Origin: Phycisphaerae bacterium
GTDB lineage: Bacteria > Planctomycetota > Phycisphaerae > UBA1845
Reading direction: 5' to 3'
Assembly (NCBI GenBank): GCA_963666835.2
Contig: CAXXGO010000006.1
Location: 2,560,001 to 2,624,000 of the forward strand
DNA: 64,000 nucleotides
Shown here: in pieces, positions 48,642 through 57,400 of the stretch
How positions within the stretch are numbered: position 1 is the stretch's first letter
How the letters are laid out: every line of letters begins with the position of its first letter
The notes under the pieces: generated by a model
The model's database searches: none
Told to the model about the DNA's origin: nothing
Seen by the model: the letters and a program-made list of their open reading frames with translations, nothing else
Position numbers and translations under genes: made by a program

Positions 48642-48912
48642 GGGGATATTGCCGGGCGGTACGGCCTTGCCGCCGGTGTCACCGCGCCGCAGCGTGGGTG
48701 TTTCAGTTGAGGTGCTTAAATGCCCGTTATCCGCCCCTACGGGTTTGTCAGGGGATGGTCGAGGCTTGGTCCGGAAACCCGGAAACCGTGGTTGGCTGGC
48801 GACCCTTGTAGAGAATCCGGAGGAGTGGTAACATACGGATCTGCACGAGGATGGAGGGGGGTAGCTCCACTTGCGTGTCTTTCTGCGTACATGGGAGGGA
48901 TGTGACGTGAAG

Positions 48913-49329
48913 ATGCGTGCGGCTAAACTGCCGGCTATTGTCGTTCTTGCGGTAGGAACGGCGGGTGCGTTCGCGCTGGCTCCGACTGAGTACTCGCTCG
49001 ACTGGTTCACCGTTGATGGCGGTGGGCGAACGGACATGGTCGGCGGCCATTTCGAGCTGAGCGGGACTATCGGCCAGTGGGATGCCGGTACTCCGATGAC
49101 GGGTAGAGGATTCACGTTGACCGGCGGGTTCTGGTTTGGGATCACCCAGGACGACTGCAACAGCGACGGCGGAGTGAACCTCTACGACTACGAGGACCTC
49201 AGAACATGCCTCCAAGGCCCCAGTGCGGACCCCGGTCACGATTACTGTGGCTGCTTCGATTCGGATCGGGACAAAGACATCGACCTACTTGATTTTGCCG
49301 AGTTTCAGGGTCTTTTTCAGAATCCGTAG
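48913..49329 (+). CDS. Small secreted protein (YSLDWFTVDGGG module plus dockerin-like tail)
   Basis: Signal peptide; YSLDWFTVDGGG..LSGTIGQWDAG..LTGGFW; DCNSDGGVNLYDY / DSDRDKDIDLLDF. Confidence 0.8.
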   Translation: MRAAKLPAIVVLAVGTAGAFALAPTEYSLDWFTVDGGGRTDMVGGHFELSGTIGQWDAGTPMTGRGFTLTGGFWFGITQDDCNSDGGVNLYDYEDLRTCLQGPSADPGHDYCGCFDSDRDKDIDLLDFAEFQGLFQNP

Positions 49330-49446
49330 ACCCTGCCGAGAGCAGAACTAATCCGTAGCGCGCCTGTGGGTCTCGTGAGCGGTTAGCCAAGGGGCGCGGT
49401 GCGTGCGAATTACATGCCAAGATCACACGAAAGGACACGATAGCAG

Positions 49447-51735
49447 ATGAACGCGAAGATGGTGTGGAAAGTCGTTCTGGCGTTTACGGCTCTGCCGCTT
49501 ACGTATGGAGCAGTGACGGCCGAGGCAGCGCCTCCGCCGTTTACGTACCAGGGTCAACTTAAGCTCGAGGGGACGCCCGTGAGCGGGACCGCGGATTTCC
49601 GCGCGGAGGTCTACGGGCAAGCCACCGGAGGAACGGCGCTGTGTGCGTTGAATCCCGTCTACGGGGTGGACGTACAGGACGGGCTGTTTACGATTCAGCT
49701 CCAAGGGTGCGGCGACGTCTTCTCAAACCCTCCCGTGTATCTTGAGGTTAGTGTGGCGTTCCCGGCGGGCGGGACGTTCGTGCTTCTTACTCCTCGCCAG
49801 ATGGTTACACCGGCTCCGATGGCGTACTACGCGTTCGAAGCTCCCAGTAGTGGAGGAGACTCGCCGTGGACTTCGGTCGGCGACGACATCTACTACGATG
49901 ACGGGCAGGTCGGGGTCGGCACGACGAGTCCATCCTATGATCTCCACGTGGTCAGCAGCGGGGCCCGGGCCGTCTCGGCTACAACGAGCAACGTCGGTGG
50001 GCGGGCGTTGTTCGGGGAAGCGACGGCCGTCACGGGGAGCACCGCCGGGGTCGTCGGTTCGTCCCGCAGTGTGAGCGGGAAGGGAGTCTATGGACAAGCC
50101 AATGCGTCTTCCGGAGTTGTGTACGGCGTTCATGGTGAATGCAATAGTACAAGTGGGCGAGGCGTCTACGGTCAATCTCACGCGACAACGGGAACTACAT
50201 ACGGAGTCTACGGCTCATCCGCCGGATCGAGCGGTCGTGGCGTCTACGGTTACAACGATGGCGCCGGTTTCGGTGTCTTTGGCAAGAGCAGCTCGGGCGC
50301 GGGTGTTTGGGCCGAGAGTAGCGGGTCCTCCACTCTCTACCCTGCGCTCTATGCGTACAACTCAAACGTCGACGGCATCGGAGTGTTCTCGACAACGACC
50401 AGCACTGATGCTAACGCGGTCTTCGTGAACCGGGGTGCCGGGCCGATTATCAAAGGTTTCAGTGGGTCTTCCGGGAACGACCACATCTTCGGCGTGGATA
50501 ACGACGGACACGTCGGAGTCGGTCGGGGACCGTCGTCGGCGATTCCGCTTGATGTCCTCGGTGGCAACAACTGGGACGTGGCGGGCGGCGACGCCGATCT
50601 GCGAATCGGAGACAGCAGCTACGGAATCAAAATGGGCGTTGCGCTCAATGGGCTGGGAGCGGGAAGCGCCCGGATCTTCGCTCAGGGCGGTAACCACAAA
50701 CTCACTCTTGGCTCAAATGACGAGGATGTACTTACGATCGTCGACAGCAACACGACCACAAGCGGCGACGGCTACGTCGGCATCGGCACTCCGGACCCCG
50801 AACAACGATTGCACGTCGTAGGGAAAATGAAGGTCGAGGGCGTGGGTAGTGGTACGTCCGTTTGGGTCGACAACGGCGCCACTGCGGTTTATGGAGACGG
50901 ATCCAATACCGGTGTCAAAGGGGTCGGCGATACGTATGGCATGTACGCCAGCGGCGGCACGTACGGTCTTCGCGCGTCCGGGACTTCTTACGGCGTCTAC
51001 TCCAGCAGCGACGCCGGGACTGCTGTTTATGGGTACGGAACCTCCGGTACGGGCGTCTACGGCAAGAGTAATACGGACATAGGGGTGAGTGCATACGCCG
51101 GGGGAACGGGAACGAGCAACCCGGCCCTGAAGGTCGAGAACTGGAACGCCGGTGGTATTGCGGTCTTCTCGACAACAAACAGTACTGACGCCAACGCGGT
51201 GTTCGTGAACAAGGGGACCGGGGACCTGATTAAGGGGTTCACGGGTGCTTCCGGTGGGGACCTTGTCTTCCGGGTGCAGAATGACGGGAAGACATCTGTG
51301 AGCGTGCTGCAGATCACCGGCGGGAGCGACTTGGCGGAACAGTTCGACGTCACCGAAGATGCTCAGCCGGGGATGGTTGTGGCGATCGATCCGAAGAACC
51401 CGGGAAAGCTCTGCATTGCGCGCGGAGCGTATAACCGCCGGGTGGCGGGTGTTATCAGCGGGGCCAACGACTTGGAGGTCGGCATGGTCCTGGCCGACCT
51501 GCCGGGCTCGCAGAACTCTCAGCCGATCGCTCTTTCGGGGCGTGTGTGGGTCCGCTGCGATGCCACCGACCGCGCGATTGAGCCCGGGGATATGCTCACG
51601 ACCGCCGACCGTCCGGGGTACGCCATGGTGGCCGCCGACGCGCGACGCGCGTATGGCACCGTGATCGGGAAGGCCATGAGCGGGCTGGATAAGGGGGCGA
51701 CCGGCATGGTTCTGGTTCTTGTCAATCTGCAGTAG
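49447..51735 (+). CDS. Secreted tail-fibre-like protein with C-terminal intramolecular-chaperone-like domain
   Basis: Signal peptide plus FTYQGQL; VG(V/I)GT..P..LHV motifs; GVYG repeats; C-terminal DLAEQF..PGMVV..VAGVISG..GRV.V..PGD.LTT..GTVIGKA. Confidence 0.8.
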   Translation: MNAKMVWKVVLAFTALPLTYGAVTAEAAPPPFTYQGQLKLEGTPVSGTADFRAEVYGQATGGTALCALNPVYGVDVQDGLFTIQLQGCGDVFSNPPVYLEVSVAFPAGGTFVLLTPRQMVTPAPMAYYAFEAPSSGGDSPWTSVGDDIYYDDGQVGVGTTSPSYDLHVVSSGARAVSATTSNVGGRALFGEATAVTGSTAGVVGSSRSVSGKGVYGQANASSGVVYGVHGECNSTSGRGVYGQSHATTGTTYGVYGSSAGSSGRGVYGYNDGAGFGVFGKSSSGAGVWAESSGSSTLYPALYAYNSNVDGIGVFSTTTSTDANAVFVNRGAGPIIKGFSGSSGNDHIFGVDNDGHVGVGRGPSSAIPLDVLGGNNWDVAGGDADLRIGDSSYGIKMGVALNGLGAGSARIFAQGGNHKLTLGSNDEDVLTIVDSNTTTSGDGYVGIGTPDPEQRLHVVGKMKVEGVGSGTSVWVDNGATAVYGDGSNTGVKGVGDTYGMYASGGTYGLRASGTSYGVYSSSDAGTAVYGYGTSGTGVYGKSNTDIGVSAYAGGTGTSNPALKVENWNAGGIAVFSTTNSTDANAVFVNKGTGDLIKGFTGASGGDLVFRVQNDGKTSVSVLQITGGSDLAEQFDVTEDAQPGMVVAIDPKNPGKLCIARGAYNRRVAGVISGANDLEVGMVLADLPGSQNSQPIALSGRVWVRCDATDRAIEPGDMLTTADRPGYAMVAADARRAYGTVIGKAMSGLDKGATGMVLVLVNLQ

Positions 51736-51834
51736 TTTTTGGCTGCTGCCGAAGCGGGAGGTGAGATCATGACAAGAATCAAGATGATTCTGACCGACAC
51801 GTTCAGAGTGCGGTCCACTGCAGAGTCTGAGAAT

Positions 51835-53436
51835 ATGCGAAAGCTGCTGATTTCGGCGCCGGCACTTATCTTCGGTGTCTGCCTAATGACATCAATGGTT
51901 GAGGCTGACGAGAGCCAACTAGTTGCGGGCCGGGTTTCGCTGATGGGGACGCTTCAAGTGCAGTGGGGAGACCCGGTTCCGCTCGATGCAGACCGGACGC
52001 CACAGAAGCGGTATACCTTACAACACGAGTCGGGCCGGGTTTTCGAGTTGTTCTTCAACGACGAGAAGCTTACGGAGTTAGAGGGACGGACGCTGCGCGC
52101 CGGCGTGGCGATCACCGTGAGCGGGGAATTGGCGGAGCCGAAGGACGATTGGATCTGGGTGGACTCTGTCTCGTTTCCGATGGCCGAGGTGGAAGGTGAT
52201 CGACCCCGCGGCGTGTACGGGGAGAAGGTCTATGCGACCATCGCTTGCCGCTTCGCGGATTCGACCGGCACTACGCCGCGCCCGATGAGCTTCTTCGAGG
52301 ATCTGATGGGCTCTACCGGTATGAACCACTACTGGGACGAGCTGTCATACGGATACATCAGCATCGACGGTAGTACGGTCGAGGGGTGGTACAACCTCCC
52401 GCACAATCGGTCTCACTATGTGTATGATATGGATGGCGACGGTGACGTAGACGCGGACTTGGAGGCTCTGGCGATAGACTGCACAGCTGAGGCGGAGGCC
52501 GACATATACTTCCCCGACCATGACGGCATCCTGATGATGTTCAATGAGGTTCTTGATTGCTGCGCGTGGGGAGGGGGGATTACTCTTAATCTCGATGGGC
52601 AATCCAAGGGGTATCGCGCAGGGTGGTTTCCACCGGCCGGGTTCAATCGGCAGGACGTTGTTGGGCACGAGATGGGGCACTCGCTGGGCCTGCCGCACTC
52701 CTCCGGTCCGTATGGGGCGACCTACGATTCTCACTGGGATGTAATGAGCTCCGGAGGCGCTTGCCGCAATCCTCATCCGACTTACGGGTGCATCGGAATT
52801 CACACGATTTCATACCACAAGGACATGCTCGGCTGGATTGACAGCGACCAACGGTACGAGCCGGACATGTATGTTCCCGGGACGATCCCACTTCAGCGGC
52901 TCGCGCCTCCGGTGTTCTCGGGCAATTATCTCATGGCGAAGATTCCGATCGGCGGGTCCTCCACCCATTTCTATACCGTCGAGACGCGGCTTTTTGTGGG
53001 TTACGACGAGGAGGTCGCGGCCGAGGCCGTAGTGATGCACGATGTCGACACTACCAGGGGCAGCCATGCGCTGGTGGTGGATCCCGACGGGAACGGCGAT
53101 CCGAATGACGCAGGCGCCCAGTGGCTGCCTGGGGAGAGCTTCTACGACGCTACGAACCACATAACCATGTTCGTCGAGCGAGAAATCTCTAATGGGTTCG
53201 AGGTTTCAATCTCCCGTTCCGCCCGGAATCCCACGTATGTCGACCCGGACAACGGCGGTTTCGAGAACGGGACATCCAGCTATCCGTGGGACACGCTTTA
53301 TGAGGGCGTGGTGAGTGTCGCGCCGTCCGGAACGTTGTACGTTGCACCCGACAACTATCCTGGGACGCGGACGATCAGGAAACCGCTCACCCTGCGGCGC
53401 GATGGGAGTTCCGGGACCGTTATCATCGGTGAGTAA
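51835..53436 (+). CDS. Secreted zinc metalloprotease (M6/M11-like metzincin)
   Basis: HEMGHSLGLPH, Met-turn WDVMS, HKDMLGW and YWDELSYG. Confidence 0.85.
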   Translation: MRKLLISAPALIFGVCLMTSMVEADESQLVAGRVSLMGTLQVQWGDPVPLDADRTPQKRYTLQHESGRVFELFFNDEKLTELEGRTLRAGVAITVSGELAEPKDDWIWVDSVSFPMAEVEGDRPRGVYGEKVYATIACRFADSTGTTPRPMSFFEDLMGSTGMNHYWDELSYGYISIDGSTVEGWYNLPHNRSHYVYDMDGDGDVDADLEALAIDCTAEAEADIYFPDHDGILMMFNEVLDCCAWGGGITLNLDGQSKGYRAGWFPPAGFNRQDVVGHEMGHSLGLPHSSGPYGATYDSHWDVMSSGGACRNPHPTYGCIGIHTISYHKDMLGWIDSDQRYEPDMYVPGTIPLQRLAPPVFSGNYLMAKIPIGGSSTHFYTVETRLFVGYDEEVAAEAVVMHDVDTTRGSHALVVDPDGNGDPNDAGAQWLPGESFYDATNHITMFVEREISNGFEVSISRSARNPTYVDPDNGGFENGTSSYPWDTLYEGVVSVAPSGTLYVAPDNYPGTRTIRKPLTLRRDGSSGTVIIGE

Positions 53437-53869
53437 CTTGGGGCGAAGATCGCCGCATTGGGCGATGATTGACCATGCCGGGCGCGCGGGCGTTTTGGGG
53501 GATTCGCGAGGCGGCATCAGTGGTTCCGCATCTTGGTCGCTATGCTCTCCCCGCCGCGCGCCGCGGATTACCCATTTGTGCGCGCAAATCAAGCAGGGCT
53601 GGCGTTGCGGGTAGGCGTGCAGCATTACTCATTCTTGCCCAATTACTATTGAGTTACTTTCTCAGTGTGGGTAGAAGAGCGATAGCCTGAGTGCGTTTTC
53701 CGTGGGATTACCAGCGGCCTTGAGGGGCCGAGGTGCCTTGCGATGATAGCGGGATAGACGGCGGTGTCTGGGGCTGGGTCGCGTCGCGTCAATGTCCGTG
53801 GTAGCCGCCGGCCAGGATCTCCGGCTTGGCAACGACAGGAAGTGAGAAGTGTCCCAGCGTAAGTCCGGC

Positions 53870-54232
53870 ATGTCCCCAGGGCTCGGCCTACCACCGCTTG
53901 TTGTGCGCGCGCCTTTGTCAGATGACAGAACAGCGGCACTATCCGATGCCCAGTGGGAGGAAGTTATAGACGAGCTCAGCCTGTCGGCACGGCAGGGCGA
54001 GTTGGTGCGCCACATCTTCAACGGCAAGAAACAGTTGGCAATTGCGGGGGAAATGGGGCTCGGCCTCGGGACGATCAAGACGTACTTCCGAAGAGTCTAT
54101 CGGAAGCTCGGAGTCACGAACCGGAGCGAGCTGGTCGCCAGAGTGCTGTTTGCCCATCTGATACTGGTACGTGAGGGTGATCTCGATGGGGCGACAGCCG
54201 CCCCGACGGTTGCCGTCGATGAACGGTCTTGA
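53870..54232 (+). CDS. Stand-alone LuxR-type HTH regulator
   Basis: LSARQGEL..G..IA..MG.GLGTIKTY.RRVYRKLGVTNRSEL. Confidence 0.85.
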   Translation: MSPGLGLPPLVVRAPLSDDRTAALSDAQWEEVIDELSLSARQGELVRHIFNGKKQLAIAGEMGLGLGTIKTYFRRVYRKLGVTNRSELVARVLFAHLILVREGDLDGATAAPTVAVDERS

Positions 54233-54449
54233 GGACTTCTTGCTGCCCGACTCGTCCTGCGGTGCTGTCGAACGGAGACTGTTGCGGCTTCGCGAGATAT
54301 TCCCCTTGCACATAGGCTGCTTCTGGTAGTCCGCCGGCGATAACTACATGCGTCTCGATCGCGGGGGCCGTCCGGCTGTTGCCGGACGGCGTGTCTCCCG
54401 CGATGTCGACGACGTTTCTTCGGCGATTTTCTGCCGAATAAGGGCAAAA

Positions 54450-57400
54450 CTAGCGTCTGTTCTCAGGACGCGCCGGTTTTCGCGAGACGGGTTCATCGAT
54501 GGGCGTCGCCTCGTCCGCCATAAGTTGCAGGAATCTGTCCGGGATGGTAATGCTCCGATCTTGGGCAAACAGGGCGATGTCATTGGCGTCGAGGATGCCG
54601 TTGCCGTCGAGATCCGCGGCTTGCGCGGCAGGCATACCGACTGTCAGAGCAATGTCATGAACGGTAGCACTCGAATGCCCGATCCCGGCCAGCTCTTGTT
54701 GCTGTGCCGGCGATAGGTTGCCTACGCCTGCCGGTTGAATCCGGTAAGCCGTTTGGTTGCCGCGCGGCTCCGCTATCAGGTTCGAGGCGTACATCAGTGT
54801 CCGGCATCCGGCTCCCGGGTCATCACCGGTCTTGAGGAAGTTGATCAGGATGCAGAGGAAGTCATTGGTGGTGACGATTCCGTCGCAATCGAAGTCGGCG
54901 TGATACGGCGGGGGAGGACCAACCAGCTCATCTTCGCACCGGGTTATCACCGGGGTCGGCCAGGTCAGGTATTGCCTGAACAGGATTGCGTAATCGGTGA
55001 TGTCGACGACGTTGTTGTTGTCAGCATCTCCGCAGCGCAGTTGGTTGGCGGCCGTTAGGTCGGCTACGAATTGCCCGCCCGCCGGGCGAAGATGGACCGT
55101 ACGCCGAAGCGTGTGCAGGTCGTCTTTCACGCTGAGGCAATCCCAGGTTCCGTACGGTACGTCGAGGGATGCCGAGGCAACACCGTTCTGGAACGTCAGC
55201 TCTTCTGCAAACGTGGTTTCGGAGGCGGTGCCCGGGCAGGGGACCCCGCAACTACTCAGGACGAAGCTGAGGCAGCGCGGACATTCCCCGTTCAGCTCCG
55301 CGGCTTCCGACCGGACTATCAGGTCGAGGATGTTGTCACCCCCGACAACAACTGTCTGTTGGTGGGTCGCAGAGCTGCCTTGGGGATCGGTGGCCGTCCA
55401 GGTTAACGTGGTCGTGCCTACGGGGTATTGATCGTTCCAGCAGTCCAACCCGTCATCGCGCTCACAGGTCGCCGAACATGACCCGCAGTTGTCCTCGCAG
55501 GTAGGTTCGCCCGGGTCGACGTGAGCTCCACATTCGCCCGGGTCGGGGGTAGCCTCGACGTCGGGCGGCGAGGCAACCGTGGGAGCTTGGCAATCGTCCA
55601 CGATAACCGTTTGCCGGCATGTGGTCAGGTTGCCCGAAGGATCGGTAGCCGTCCAGGTCAAGGTGGTTGGTCCTACCGGATAGGGGTCGTCTTCGCAGTC
55701 CTCACTGTCCTCCCTGCTACAGGTTACCGTGCATGCGCAGTTGTCGGTACACGCAGCCGACCCGGGGAAGACCACCGCCTGACACTGATCCGGATCGTTG
55801 CACTGCTCGACGTCAAGTGGGCACTCGATTTCCGGATGTTGTTCGTCGCTGACCGTAACCGTCGTCGTGCATGTGGCCGTGTTGCCCGCCTCGTCGGTTG
55901 CCGTCCACGTCAATGTAGTAACCCCGACGGGATAGGATGCGCTCTGGCAGTCCTCGCCGTCGTCGCGCGAGCAGGACGTCGTGCAATTGCAGGCATCAGT
56001 GCAGGTGGGCTCCCCGGGGTCAATTGCGATTTCACACGCATCGGGATCGACCGTGGCGGGGAGAGGGTCGCTCGGGCAGGTCAGGATCGGCGGGGAGTCA
56101 TCGACTATAAACGGGATCTCGTCACCCAGCAGCGGGAAGTTCTGAGTGCCCAACGAGTCTGCCAGGTGTGTTGGAGATTCGTGATCGAGATCGAAAGCAA
56201 TCGAGCCGTGGCCGGTACCGGCTCCGGCCGGCTTGGTCGACAGTAATAGCGTGGCCATTGGGTTGTCAGCCGCGGAGGCGGCTTCACCCAAGGGAATAGC
56301 CACCGCGTATGCGATAGTGCCGGTGCAGCCGTCCACCGAGACCGCCTTGAAGATCTCGGCGGAGAACGGAGACAAACCGGAGGTCGGACACGGGGAGATC
56401 CCCGGGACGGAATGATCACCCGGGGCTATGGCCAGCAGATCGAGTAAGCATGCGTCGTATTCCAGGAAGAACTGCCCACCGATCATGTCCTGTCCGTAGA
56501 GATTGCGTACGTCAATCGTGACGCACAGATCTTGCCCGGACGAAAAGCAGGTCCTTTCGTTGTGCAGATTCAGCTCCAGCAACCCGCAACTGACCGGATC
56601 GCTCGTACATACGGCGGTCTCTTCGTCGCAGAGGTCCGCCGTACACGCGATGCCGTCGTCGCATAAGCTGATGCCGGGCGTGCAGATGCCCGCCTCGTTG
56701 CAGAACTCGTCACCATCGCAAACGAGCCCGTTAGGGCATGGCGTGCCGGCGGGTTCATAGTTGGGCAAACACTCGCCGTCGCCGTTGCAGGTGTCGGGAT
56801 GATCACAGGTGGAATCGGCGGGATCACCACATGGTGTGCCCGATGGTAACAGCACATACGTGCAGCCTTCGATTGGGTCGCACGAGTCCTCGGTACACTC
56901 GATTTCATCATCGCAGACGAGGGGGCCTTCCGAGACGCAGCCGGCTGTAGTGTCGCAGTACTCGACGCCCGTGCAGGCGTCACCGTCGTCGCACATCTCG
57001 TGAAACGGTACATGCTCTCCACATTCGTCCGTTACTTCATCACAACTGTCGCTGGTACACTCGATTCCGTCATCGCATCGAGTGACGCCGGGCTGGCATG
57101 TTCCGGCCCCGTCACAGGTTTCGTCGCCGTCGCACCATAGACCATTGGAGCATGGTGCTCCCAGCGGCTCGATGTTCTCGTCGCAGTTGCCGGTGCCGTC
57201 GCAGGTGTCCGGTCTGTCACATGCGCTATCGCTCGGATCACCGCATGCCGTCCCCTGCGCCACGCCGGGGTGGATGCAAACGCCGCTGTTGCAGACGTCG
57301 TCGGTACATTCATTCCCGTCTTCAGTGCAACCGGTGCCGTCCGGTTCGTGGTTTGGCAGGCACACGCCCGCTCCGTTGCAGGTGTCGGGGGTAGTGCATT

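Noticed and set aside
49447..51735. Prophage tail gene
   Set aside because: It has a signal peptide, and no capsid, terminase, baseplate or lysis genes are nearby.
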